Assembly: GCA_963813405.1 (NCBI GenBank)
Contig: CAWEYU010000007.1
Location: forward strand, 4,310 to 68,309
Reading direction: 5' to 3'
Length of the DNA: 64,000 nt
DNA from: an uncultured Bacteroidales bacterium
Lineage (GTDB): Bacteria > Bacteroidota > Bacteroidia > Bacteroidales > VadinHA17
Part shown: piece after piece, positions 46,616-55,633 of the stretch
Layout of the letters: every line of letters starts with the position of its first letter
Position numbering within the stretch: the first letter of the stretch is position 1
The notes under the pieces: model-generated
What the model saw: only the letters and a program-made list of their open reading frames with translations
Database searches by the model: none
What the model was told of the DNA's origin: nothing
Program-made: the position numbers and the translations under genes

Positions 46616-47572
46616 TCAGAAGATAAGATCTATTATAAAATTCCCCTCCTGGTGGGGATCAGGGGGGATGTTTGATCTTCTAATGGATCTATTCCCAAAA
46701 AATTCAAAAATTTTGACAAAGTATTTTGAATAAATATTCAGATAATTGGTCTTTATTCCATTTTCTTTGCATGCCCTGGCAATTTCCCTGTTCAGGGTGA
46801 AATTACTAAGAATTGATTTATTGCTTACTCCGCCTGTTCTCATAGAGACGAATGGCATCTCCAGGTATTTGTAACTAATTTGATGAATTAGAAAAAACCT
46901 TAACAACAGTTCATAATCCGCAGCAATTTCATAATCTGTTTTATAGTATCCCAGTTTCTCAAATAATTTTCTTTTAACATAAAATGTAGGATGTGCAGGC
47001 ATAAATCCAAATTTAAATTTATTGGGATTAAAATATTTCGAGGAGTAATACCTCACAATCTTTGAGGGCTTCATGGAATCAAAAAACTCTACATCTCCAT
47101 AAACAGCATCTATATGATTTTTCTGAAATGCACTTGCAACAGTTTTGATTACATCACTATCATAAAAAAAATCGTCGGAATTCAGTATTCCGACAATGTC
47201 GCCTGTTGATAATAGAATGCCTTTGTTAATAGCGTCAATTTCCTCAGCCTGAAATGCTTGTACAACTTTTGAAATCACATCATTATCATAAAAAAAATCA
47301 TCGGCATTCAGAATTCCGATGATATCCCCGGTAGCAAGTTTTATGCCTTTGTTAATTGCATCATAAATTCCTTTATCCGGTTCGGAAATGAACTTTGAAA
47401 TCCGGGAGCCGTAAGATTTTATTAGTTCAACTGTACCATCGGTTGAGGAGCCATCGACGATTATATACTCGATATTGGAATATGATTGAGATAAAACAGA
47501 TTTTACAGTATCAGAAATAGTTCCTAAACTATTAAATGAGACTGTTACAATAGATACTTTTAGGTTTCCCAT
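46616..47572 (-). CDS. Glycosyltransferase family 2 with an internal 42-aa tandem duplication
   Basis: VSIVTVSFN, IIVDGSSTDGT, then two copies of DAINKGI.L.TGDI.GILN.DDFFYD.DVI. The C-terminal 20 aa run through a GC-rich hairpin element. Confidence 0.85.
   Translation of the reverse strand: MGNLKVSIVTVSFNSLGTISDTVKSVLSQSYSNIEYIIVDGSSTDGTVELIKSYGSRISKFISEPDKGIYDAINKGIKLATGDIIGILNADDFFYDNDVISKVVQAFQAEEIDAINKGILLSTGDIVGILNSDDFFYDSDVIKTVASAFQKNHIDAVYGDVEFFDSMKPSKIVRYYSSKYFNPNKFKFGFMPAHPTFYVKRKLFEKLGYYKTDYEIAADYELLLRFFLIHQISYKYLEMPFVSMRTGGVSNKSILSNFTLNREIARACKENGIKTNYLNIYSKYFVKIFEFFGNRSIRRSNIPPDPHQEGNFIIDLIF
47111..47362 (-). repeat. In-frame tandem duplication (2 x 126 nt) inside the GT2 gene
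   Basis: aa 71-112 (DAINKGIKLATGDIIGILNADDFFYDNDVISKVVQAFQAEEI) versus aa 113-154 (DAINKGILLSTGDIVGILNSDDFFYDSDVIKTVASAFQKNHI). Confidence 0.9.
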
Positions 47573-47600
47573 TTAATATTTAATATTTAATATTTAAATT
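47573..47600. repeat. (TTAATAT)x3-4 tandem repeat abutting the GT2 start codon
   Basis: Three perfect 7-mers at 47573-47593, then degenerate ttaaatt. Confidence 0.8.
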
Positions 47601-47623
47601 TAATTCCTTGAACTTAAGGTAAT

Positions 47624-47703
47624 CCATTCTTCCATTCTTCCATTCTTCCATTCTTCCATTCTTCCATTCTTCCATTCTTCCATTCTTCCATTCTTCTATT
47701 CTT
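47624..47703. repeat. Octanucleotide microsatellite (CCATTCTT)x9 plus one imperfect unit
   Basis: Counted directly. Lies between the stop of 47707-49884 (3 nt away) and the GT2 start (51 nt away). Reads (AAGAATGG)n on the coding strand. Confidence 0.95.
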
Positions 47704-47706
47704 TCA

Positions 47707-49884
47707 TCACTCCACTCCCTCATTTTTCCTTAGACCTGATTTTAGTAGAGCCTTTTCTTCTTTTATGTGGATAGAATGAATGAAGAAGGGGAGAATTGAA
47801 AAAAATCCAAATATTGGTGGATCAAACGGGCTACCGCCACTAAAAAATGTAAAGAAGAAAGTTATGAGAAAGAAAATGAATAAGAGTGGGTATTCTTTAA
47901 TATACCTGATATAATAATAGAACACTTTAAATAGGAAAAATAAATAAATAACCAACCCTACTATGCCTGAATACAGCAGAATTGATAGAAATGGATTATG
48001 AGGATAATCTATTCTGGTTTTAGTTCCAAAAAAATAGTATCCATACCAGTTTAAGAAAGAGAATCCGCCACCAAATATTTTTTGAGGCCAACTATATTCT
48101 TTATTAAATATTTCAAATGAAAATTTCCACCGGGCTATCCTGTCTTCCCCAAAATCATCCAATGACTTTTTAACAAACAGATTACTTTTGTATGGGTGAT
48201 AAATAGTATCTTCTGAAACAATTTTTCGAATCCAGTTCCTGAGTGGATCAGTATCAGCAGAATTGTTAATTTGACTAAAAAGTTCACTGATTGATAGTTT
48301 AAGAAAACTTGCTTTGTATATATTCTTTACAACTAGTGATTCATAGTTCATTTTTAGCTTTGAATCGTTATATTTTATTCCCTTTATAAATATTTTTTTG
48401 TAATTGTTACTTTGTATCAAGGAATTGGATATGTTGCTGCCATTTGATACTATATTAAATTCTGGAAATGCAAAAATCACATAACCTTTAAGATTAGAGA
48501 AGTCTTCCACTCCACCTTTATTCATATATAAATATATTATAATATCTCCTTGAGAACAGCTTATTGGTAGTATAAGTTTCTGCCAGCATCCTTTATTCTT
48601 TAAATCATAAAACTTATCAGGATTGCCTGTTAATGAGCCCTCTGCACGGATAGCTACGGCATCACCATCGAAATTATCAGTAACATAACAATAAACTGAA
48701 GCTAAAAGAGAATCACCTTTTTTTACACTCTCTCGTTTAAGCGACAAGAAATAATATGAATGTGAAGGAGATGCAAAACCTAAACAACTTTTATCAAATA
48801 AGTAACCTTTAGATCCAGCCGGGACAATTTCTACGTTTTTGCCAGATAAACTTTTGACAATTTTGTAGTTTCCGGTACCACTCCAGACTTCTGGGTCTTT
48901 AGGATCAAATACTGGTTTCCAAATCTTGGAATACAAAATCTCTTCATTAAGGTCTTTATCAAGAAAATGAAAATAACGAAAAAATGTTTCGGTTATTAAA
49001 TTTTTAGTATAAGGAATATTATTTACCCCTATACTTTCCAAAACACTATTTTTAAAATAAACTGAAGTGTTAAGAATCAGAAAAATAAGTAGAATTACAA
49101 GAATAGAAAAAGATAACAAGTAATATTTAGATATCTTACTTAACTGTTTGACTCTTAAATTATTACTAAACAAACTCCATAACTGAATTGCCAGAATCAT
49201 AATGAATAGTAAGAGGAATAAGAATACTCCTCTCTTTGATCCTGAAATCAAAAAACTGATAGAAAAAATTATTAATAAGATATTATATATTAATATTTTA
49301 AGTCTCGATATTTTCTGAGAAAAAGTATATAAAATACCTATTAATCCAAAGAATACCGGTATCAGAACGAAATTACTATCAACTACTGCCCTGTCCTTAT
49401 TAACATACAGGTCATTAAATGCTTGAGAATAAGATGATAAATAAAAATAAGAATAAATTCTTTGAACTGAAATTAAAAAAGCGAATAGTACAGCAAGATT
49501 CAAAAAAGATTGATAAAAAAGTATGCAGTCTTTTGATTCATGAATAAAAAGCTTAAGAACTAATATTATTGATAACAGAATAATAATATTTACAATATCC
49601 TTGACAATCATTAAATAAATTTTATTGGAAAAAAAACAAGCTAATGTCAGGTATAAAAAAAGAACTAAAACAACGGGCAAGATATTTTTTAAATCTTTTA
49701 ATCCTGAGAAGATTCTATCTCTATACATTACTAAGATGTATATTGTTATAAGAATATATATTATCAGGAAAGGATATTTAAAAAATGGAACCGCAGTATG
49801 CGTCAGATATAAACTTAGCCATAAAGTGACTGAAAAAAGTTCACCATTCTTTCTATTATAAGAGTTTAAAATCATATTTCTCAT
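47707..49884 (-). CDS. Large Wzy/O-antigen-ligase-like membrane protein with a ~220-aa extracytoplasmic insert
   Basis: About 9 N-terminal TM helices. A central soluble region (aa ~300-520) looks beta-rich. The C-terminal motif YPHNPFLSILLYSGIVGLVIY is Wzy_C-like. Extremely AT-rich gene. Confidence 0.5.
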   Translation of the reverse strand: MRNMILNSYNRKNGELFSVTLWLSLYLTHTAVPFFKYPFLIIYILITIYILVMYRDRIFSGLKDLKNILPVVLVLFLYLTLACFFSNKIYLMIVKDIVNIIILLSIILVLKLFIHESKDCILFYQSFLNLAVLFAFLISVQRIYSYFYLSSYSQAFNDLYVNKDRAVVDSNFVLIPVFFGLIGILYTFSQKISRLKILIYNILLIIFSISFLISGSKRGVFLFLLLFIMILAIQLWSLFSNNLRVKQLSKISKYYLLSFSILVILLIFLILNTSVYFKNSVLESIGVNNIPYTKNLITETFFRYFHFLDKDLNEEILYSKIWKPVFDPKDPEVWSGTGNYKIVKSLSGKNVEIVPAGSKGYLFDKSCLGFASPSHSYYFLSLKRESVKKGDSLLASVYCYVTDNFDGDAVAIRAEGSLTGNPDKFYDLKNKGCWQKLILPISCSQGDIIIYLYMNKGGVEDFSNLKGYVIFAFPEFNIVSNGSNISNSLIQSNNYKKIFIKGIKYNDSKLKMNYESLVVKNIYKASFLKLSISELFSQINNSADTDPLRNWIRKIVSEDTIYHPYKSNLFVKKSLDDFGEDRIARWKFSFEIFNKEYSWPQKIFGGGFSFLNWYGYYFFGTKTRIDYPHNPFLSILLYSGIVGLVIYLFFLFKVFYYYIRYIKEYPLLFIFFLITFFFTFFSGGSPFDPPIFGFFSILPFFIHSIHIKEEKALLKSGLRKNEGVE

Positions 49885-49887
49885 CTA

Positions 49888-50481
49888 TTAATTTTTTATA
49901 ATAGCCTTAATAGTTAGAAATAAAATTTGAAAATAGTTTTTTATACTCTGATTATTAATATATAACATATTTAACCTGATCTTTTCCGGCATTATTACCT
50001 CCACATATGTTCGTTCGGGATTTTCTGATCTCGCGAGTATTCCATTTTCATTACGGAATTCAATTGAAGCGTAATCGGTAATGCCAGGTCTCACGCTTAA
50101 TATAACTCTCTGTTCTTCATTATACAAATCAACATATTTTCTAATCTCAGGCCTTGGTCCCACGAGACTCATATTGCCTATTAATACATTGATTAATTGG
50201 GGCAATTCATCAATCTTGAATTTTCTAAGGTAGTAACCAACTTTAGTAACTCTATGATCTCTTAATCCTACTGTTAATGATCCAACTATATCAGAGTACG
50301 GAGCCATTGTTCGGAATTTCAGTAATTTGAATCCCTGATTATTTTTACCGACTCTGGTTTGAATATAAAATACTCCACCATTGCTATCATAAATTATTAG
50401 GATAGAGACTATTAAAAAAATAGGGAACAGAAATACCAATCCAAGTAATGAAAATAAAACATCAAAAAATCTAATTAGCAT
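49888..50481 (-). CDS. Small monotopic phosphoglycosyl transferase (bacterial sugar transferase, PglC/WbaP C-terminal type)
   Basis: LKFRTM, DELPQLINVLIGNMSLVGPRP, PGITD motifs. Confidence 0.9.
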   Translation of the reverse strand: MLIRFFDVLFSLLGLVFLFPIFLIVSILIIYDSNGGVFYIQTRVGKNNQGFKLLKFRTMAPYSDIVGSLTVGLRDHRVTKVGYYLRKFKIDELPQLINVLIGNMSLVGPRPEIRKYVDLYNEEQRVILSVRPGITDYASIEFRNENGILARSENPERTYVEVIMPEKIRLNMLYINNQSIKNYFQILFLTIKAIIKN

Positions 50482-50489
50482 AAAAGGGA

Positions 50490-51701
50490 CTAAATTACCT
50501 CAAGCACCGACTGAATAACTGCCTCAATAACTGACTTTATCTGATCTCTATTTAAATCATAGAAAACAGGTAAAGAAATTTCTCGGGAATAACTATCAAA
50601 AGCTACCGGATAATCTTTCATTTTATAACCTAGTTTTTTATAAAGAGTCAGCATCGGTAAGGGCTGAAAATGCACATTAACAGAAACATCTCTATCAAAT
50701 ATTTTCTGAATTATTTCATCTCTTTGATTCTCTGTAATTCCGATAACTCGTAACAGATATGCATGATAAGAGGATACTTTATCTTTTGTTTCATAAACAG
50801 GAGTTTGTGCCCAGGAAAAACATTTAAATGCTTGTGTATAAGTTTCAAATATTTCTCTTCGTTTGACTAAGGTGTCGCTATCGTAGCGCCTCAGTTCTAT
50901 CAGTCCAATTGCAGATAAAATATCAGTCATATTTGCTTTATAGCCTGCTTCAGGTACATCATAACGCCAATTCCCTTTCTGTAATTTCATTAGAGCATCC
51001 TTATTTTGCCCATGTAATGAATACATACATAAGTATTTATATATTTTATTATTATTAAATGGCATGGGTAAATTCATGCATATTGCACCGCCTTCTGCAG
51101 TAGTTAGATTTTTTACTGCATGAAATGAAAATACTGTAACATCTGAAGTACTTCCTACCTTTCTACCCTTATAAATTGCTCCGAATGAATGAGCTGCATC
51201 AAGTAATATTAGGATTCTGCTTAACTTCTTTTGTATTTCATTATCAGCTCTAAAGAGCCTTTTGATTTTTGCACTTTTTACCAGATCAATTATTTCATCA
51301 ATATCAACGGGAAATCCTCCCAAATCGACTGGTAAAATTACTTTGGTTTTTTCAGTAATGGCATTTCCAATTGCTTTTAAAGAAATATTGAAATCAGTGG
51401 AGTTTACGTCAACAAAAATGGGAGTTGCTCCGCAATGAATTACAACATTTGCAGTTGCACAATATGTATAAACAGGTACAATAACTTCATCACCGTCCTT
51501 GACTCCAAACCATCGAAGAACAAGTTCCAACCCTGATGTTGCAGAATTTACTGCTAGAGTTTCCTTACAACCGCAATAGGCAGTTATTTCTTTCTCAAAA
51601 CGTTTTGTACGTGGTCCTGTAGTAATCCAACCTGATTTTAAGGTTTCGACTACTTCATCAATTATTTTTTGATCTATACGGGGAGGAGAGAATGGTATCA
51701 T
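50490..51701 (-). CDS. DegT/DnrJ/EryC1/StrS family aminotransferase (PglE-like)
   Basis: ATG 51701 (MIPFSPPRI). LDAAHSFGA, SFHAVKNLT (PLP Lys). Confidence 0.9.
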   Translation of the reverse strand: MIPFSPPRIDQKIIDEVVETLKSGWITTGPRTKRFEKEITAYCGCKETLAVNSATSGLELVLRWFGVKDGDEVIVPVYTYCATANVVIHCGATPIFVDVNSTDFNISLKAIGNAITEKTKVILPVDLGGFPVDIDEIIDLVKSAKIKRLFRADNEIQKKLSRILILLDAAHSFGAIYKGRKVGSTSDVTVFSFHAVKNLTTAEGGAICMNLPMPFNNNKIYKYLCMYSLHGQNKDALMKLQKGNWRYDVPEAGYKANMTDILSAIGLIELRRYDSDTLVKRREIFETYTQAFKCFSWAQTPVYETKDKVSSYHAYLLRVIGITENQRDEIIQKIFDRDVSVNVHFQPLPMLTLYKKLGYKMKDYPVAFDSYSREISLPVFYDLNRDQIKSVIEAVIQSVLEVI

Positions 51702-51792
51702 ATTCAAAAGTTCTTTAGTTTAAAGTTTTAATTGGATAATTTAATTCATCATTGATCAGCCTCTCAGGTTATTGACCTGAGTAATAAAATAG

Positions 51793-52461
51793 CTATTTAT
51801 AAATAACTGAAATCATATGTGTTCTAAAAAATGGAAAGAGAAAGTTAACTATTCCATAAAAACGGCCCACTCTTCTGGCTATTGGAGGAGCCAGAGTAAC
51901 ATTAACAAAATCAACCTTATAGTTTTTAAACAGAATCCTGATCTCTTTTCTTGAGATCTTTTTTACATCCTTATTAGCCGGATTGTTGTATTTAAAATCA
52001 TAAAACAGGATGATTCCATTCTTTTTTGTCATAGAGATCATTTTGGCAGCAAGGTCCTTCCTGAAATCGGAATCCAGGATTGAGGTAAAAACCAATGACT
52101 GAAACACAATATCAAAATCGTTCTCGAATTCCAAATCTAAAGCATTTCCAATATTTATATTTTTTGAATTCCCTGTTTTTTCTTTTAGTAGAACACCTCG
52201 TTCGGGTAACAATTCGTTACCAAAAATATTTTCTAATTTAAAACCCAAACGATGGAAAAAAAGCAGATTATCACCAATTCCTGCTCCAACTTCCAGAATT
52301 TTTAGATTTGTTAAATCGGAGCCAAATATATTGAATATTAATCGTTTATACTGAAGCTCTCTTTCGAATAAAGTGTATGCGGTTGCATAGAAATATTGTT
52401 TTTCGTACAAGGCTTTTCGCCGTTCATAACGAGCTTTTATCTCCTCAATTTCACTTATCAT
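51793..52461 (-). CDS. Class I SAM-dependent methyltransferase
   Basis: ILEVGAGIGDN motif I. Overlaps the upstream GT2 stop by 4 nt. Confidence 0.8.
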   Translation of the reverse strand: MISEIEEIKARYERRKALYEKQYFYATAYTLFERELQYKRLIFNIFGSDLTNLKILEVGAGIGDNLLFFHRLGFKLENIFGNELLPERGVLLKEKTGNSKNINIGNALDLEFENDFDIVFQSLVFTSILDSDFRKDLAAKMISMTKKNGIILFYDFKYNNPANKDVKKISRKEIRILFKNYKVDFVNVTLAPPIARRVGRFYGIVNFLFPFFRTHMISVIYK

Positions 52462-53474
52462 CTTGATAAAGAAGTATGTTTAGAATTAGGTTTTTTATTA
52501 AATATTAAGAAATCAATGATACTATTAAGGTAACCTGTTCCATAACTGAAATGCAGAATGAAAAATGTATACATGATTTTGGAGATTAAAGAAAATCTTC
52601 TGGTCTTTTTCACTGAAATAAATAATCCAGTAAAAAAATAGAATAAAATGATACTCAAATAAAATAGAAAGAAATATTTGATTATTATGCTTGCGATCAG
52701 TCCCAATATTAAAAATAAGATAAAGAATAAGGGTACTACCTGACGAAAGGTTGTTATAGTTTTATGTTTCCTATTCACAAATACCTTCCAGTATCCATAT
52801 TGATAGTATTGTTTAAATAGATCCTTAAATTTGGTACGGACAAAGTATTTAATAGTTGTCTTAGATGTTATAAATATTTCATAACCATGTTTCCTTACTC
52901 TGTAATTCAGCTCATCATCCTGATTTCTCACTAAATTCTCATCAAAATACCCGATTTGATCAAAAATTTTCCGTCTGTAGAAAGGAATGCCTACGGTGTC
53001 GACGAAAACATCTGATTGAGTTCTGAACGAAGGACCGACTCCAAAAGTGGTTGATGTTGCATAAGCGATCATTTCGCTTTTAATAGAATCAAAAACAAGG
53101 TCCCCAACACTTCCGACACAGCCAATCTGGCTGTTATTTTCCAGAATATTAAGACATGTGGAAATATAATTTTTTGAAAGTATGTGTCTTGAGCCAACAA
53201 TGAGAATGTATTCTCCTCTTGAAGCCTTAATGCCTAGATTAAAAGAAACCGGTGTAATCATCCGTTCATTTGAGATAATTTTAATCTCAGATTCAGGGTG
53301 ATTCTTTTGAACCTCTTCGATTTGCTGGAGTGAATTGTCTGTGCTTAATCCATCAATAATTATAACCTCAAAATTTTCTTTTCCGTAATCATTTTCCAGA
53401 ATTGCTTCTATACACATTTTAATATAGTTTTCCTCATTACGGCAAGGAACTATCACTGATACTAATGACTTCAT
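52458..53474 (-). CDS. Glycosyltransferase family 2 with C-terminal TM segments
   Basis: VSVIVPCRNEE, IIIDGLSTDNS, NQDDELNYR. ATG 53474. Confidence 0.8.
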   Translation of the reverse strand: MKSLVSVIVPCRNEENYIKMCIEAILENDYGKENFEVIIIDGLSTDNSLQQIEEVQKNHPESEIKIISNERMITPVSFNLGIKASRGEYILIVGSRHILSKNYISTCLNILENNSQIGCVGSVGDLVFDSIKSEMIAYATSTTFGVGPSFRTQSDVFVDTVGIPFYRRKIFDQIGYFDENLVRNQDDELNYRVRKHGYEIFITSKTTIKYFVRTKFKDLFKQYYQYGYWKVFVNRKHKTITTFRQVVPLFFILFLILGLIASIIIKYFFLFYLSIILFYFFTGLFISVKKTRRFSLISKIMYTFFILHFSYGTGYLNSIIDFLIFNKKPNSKHTSLSR

Positions 53475-53489
53475 TTGCAACAGTGGATT

Positions 53490-54389
53490 CTATTCAATTA
53501 CACTGGCAGGATTCCCAAAAACTTTTTTTCCTTTTTTTACCTTTCTGACAACTACGGAGCCGATCCCAATAAAAGCAGAATCTTCGATAATTATTCCGTT
53601 TATAATATTTACACCCGAGCTGATATAACAGTCTTTCCCGATTATTGAACTGCCGCCGATGTTTGTTTTTCCGATTATTATTGTATTCTCTCCTACTTCA
53701 ATATTATGAGCAACATAACAAAAATCATCAATTTTGACTCCATTACCGATTACAGTATTTCCCAAGCTTCCTCTGTCAATGCTGACATGGGCGCCTATCT
53801 CAACATTATTGCCGATTATTACGCCGCCGATTTGTGGAAACCTCTCCAATATTCCATTCTCATTCTTTTCGAAACTAAAACCCTCTTTCCCAACAACACA
53901 ATGAGGTTTTATTTTAACATTGTCACCGATATCAACATTGTCTTCGATTTTACAAAACGACTCAATCATTGTATTTTTGCCAATTGTTGATTTTCCTACA
54001 ATGCTATATGGACCAATATGGCAACCCTCTCCAATCTTTGCTGCGCTGTCGATTATTGCAGTAGAATGAATATATGGCAACGATTCCGAATCTTTAATAT
54101 AAAAATGTGTAATAAGTCTGCTGAATATAAGTTTGGGATTTTCGACCAGAACAATACACTTACTTGGATAATGCTTTTCAGGAATAAATCCTTTTGGTGC
54201 AATTATTAACGACGCATTTGTTTTTTCCAAAATATTGGAATTATTCTTAAATTTTTGTTTTATCCATGATATGCTGTTTGCATCCGCATCCTGAAGCGAT
54301 TTGAAACTCATAAATACAATATCGGTTTTCTCTCCGATTATTTCAAAGTCACCGATGAAATCCAAAATTTCGTTAATAGATATTTTCAT
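53490..54389 (-). CDS. LpxD-like left-handed beta-helix N-acyltransferase
   Basis: An LpxD-type N-terminal domain followed by many hexapeptide repeats (IGEGCHIGPYSIVG..., IGDNVKI..., IGNNVEIGAHVSI...). Confidence 0.75.
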   Translation of the reverse strand: MKISINEILDFIGDFEIIGEKTDIVFMSFKSLQDADANSISWIKQKFKNNSNILEKTNASLIIAPKGFIPEKHYPSKCIVLVENPKLIFSRLITHFYIKDSESLPYIHSTAIIDSAAKIGEGCHIGPYSIVGKSTIGKNTMIESFCKIEDNVDIGDNVKIKPHCVVGKEGFSFEKNENGILERFPQIGGVIIGNNVEIGAHVSIDRGSLGNTVIGNGVKIDDFCYVAHNIEVGENTIIIGKTNIGGSSIIGKDCYISSGVNIINGIIIEDSAFIGIGSVVVRKVKKGKKVFGNPASVIE

Positions 54390-54481
54390 ATTCGAATGTA
54401 TAAAAGGTTAACTTGGATCAGTATTCAAATAAACATCATTAATAAATAATTGAAAAAAGCTGAATATGTTGATTTACGCTT

Positions 54482-55219
54482 TTATCTGGCTGAGTATCCC
54501 CCATCAATGATCAGATTTGTACCTGTTATCCATCTTGCGGCGTTTGACAATAAAAACATTATTGCATTCGCTATATCCTCAGGTTCGCCAAAACCAAGGG
54601 GATGTTTCGCTTCAGCCATTTCAATGTCTGTTTGAAGTTTTATAAAATCCAGCATCGGCGTTTTTACAAAACCGGGTGAAATAGAATTAACCCTGATATT
54701 GATCGGAGCCAGCTCTAGAGCCATAGTTTTCGTTACAGCAGCCAATGCTGCTTTCGTACCTGTATATAGTGCATTTGTCTGTGTGCTTACCAGACTCATT
54801 ATTGATGAAAGAAAAATTATCGATCCCCCTGCAGTTATCTTGTTTTTTTTCAGTAACTGGCTATTAAGAAGAACAGGTGCCTCGTAGTTATTTTTGTCAA
54901 GTTCGATCAGCTGATCTTCCCTAATGAATTTGAATGGCACTAATTTGATTATACCTGCGCTATTAACAACACCATTAAATTTCCTGGGAAATGAGACTAT
55001 TTTCTCTCTAACATCCGGGTTTGTGATATCCCCATGCAGGATATTAAGAATATCCGATCTGATCTCATTAGATAAAATATTCAGTTTTTCGCAGTCCTTA
55101 TCGACTGCCAATACCGCGTTTGAGGAGTTCATAAGGAGTCTAACAACTTCCTTTCCAATACCCGAAGCAGCTCCTGTTACCAGGTAATTACCATTGGTCA
55201 CTTCAAAATCATCTATCAT
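54482..55219 (-). CDS. SDR-family oxidoreductase (FabG-like ketoreductase)
   Basis: VTGAASGIGKEV, YTGTKAAL, RWITGTNLIIDGGYSA. ATG 55219. Confidence 0.85.
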   Translation of the reverse strand: MIDDFEVTNGNYLVTGAASGIGKEVVRLLMNSSNAVLAVDKDCEKLNILSNEIRSDILNILHGDITNPDVREKIVSFPRKFNGVVNSAGIIKLVPFKFIREDQLIELDKNNYEAPVLLNSQLLKKNKITAGGSIIFLSSIMSLVSTQTNALYTGTKAALAAVTKTMALELAPINIRVNSISPGFVKTPMLDFIKLQTDIEMAEAKHPLGFGEPEDIANAIMFLLSNAARWITGTNLIIDGGYSAR

Positions 55220-55625
55220 TTTCCGGAATTTCAACTACCTCAATAAGTCCATAACTTTTTTTATATGCAAAAATAATGCAATGGTCGTCAATGCCATTTG
55301 AATTTTCAGGCTTATTAAGAATTATGAATTTTTCTTTCTTCAAACTGGCAATTGCAGCATTAATGTCATTAACGGAATAACAAAAATGATACGGACCAGG
55401 ACCGCATTTCTTAAGAATATTATCAACAGGAGAATTTATTCCGGCGCTGGAAATCAATTCAATCTGAGGGTGTCCGCTTTTGTTTATAAAACAAACCCTT
55501 ACCTTCTGGAAAGGAACAGTAATCTCCTCTCCGCACGTATATCCAAGCTTAATAAAAAATAATTTAGTATCATCCAGATTATCAGTTGCAAAACCAATAT
55601 GATGAAATTTAAACAGTTCTAACAT
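55209..55625 (-). CDS. VOC/glyoxalase-family protein (methylmalonyl-CoA-epimerase-like)
   Basis: FHHIGFATDNLDD N-terminus and ~138 aa size. Assignment made by pattern only. Confidence 0.6.
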   Translation of the reverse strand: MLELFKFHHIGFATDNLDDTKLFFIKLGYTCGEEITVPFQKVRVCFINKSGHPQIELISSAGINSPVDNILKKCGPGPYHFCYSVNDINAAIASLKKEKFIILNKPENSNGIDDHCIIFAYKKSYGLIEVVEIPENDR

Positions 55626-55633
55626 AAATCGTA

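Noticed and set aside
47573-47703. Possible short ORF (MEEWKNGR)n...MDYLKFKELNLNIKY initiated inside the octamer array.
   Set aside because: It is a purely repeat-encoded peptide. Any frame of an 8-nt repeat yields the same 8-aa cycle. There is no independent evidence of translation, so it is treated only as a possible mechanistic consequence in the microsatellite finding.
47624-47703. CRISPR array?
   Set aside because: The units are 8 bp and directly abutting, with no spacers. The other repeats in the window are 7-mers or isolated palindromes. No cas genes are present.
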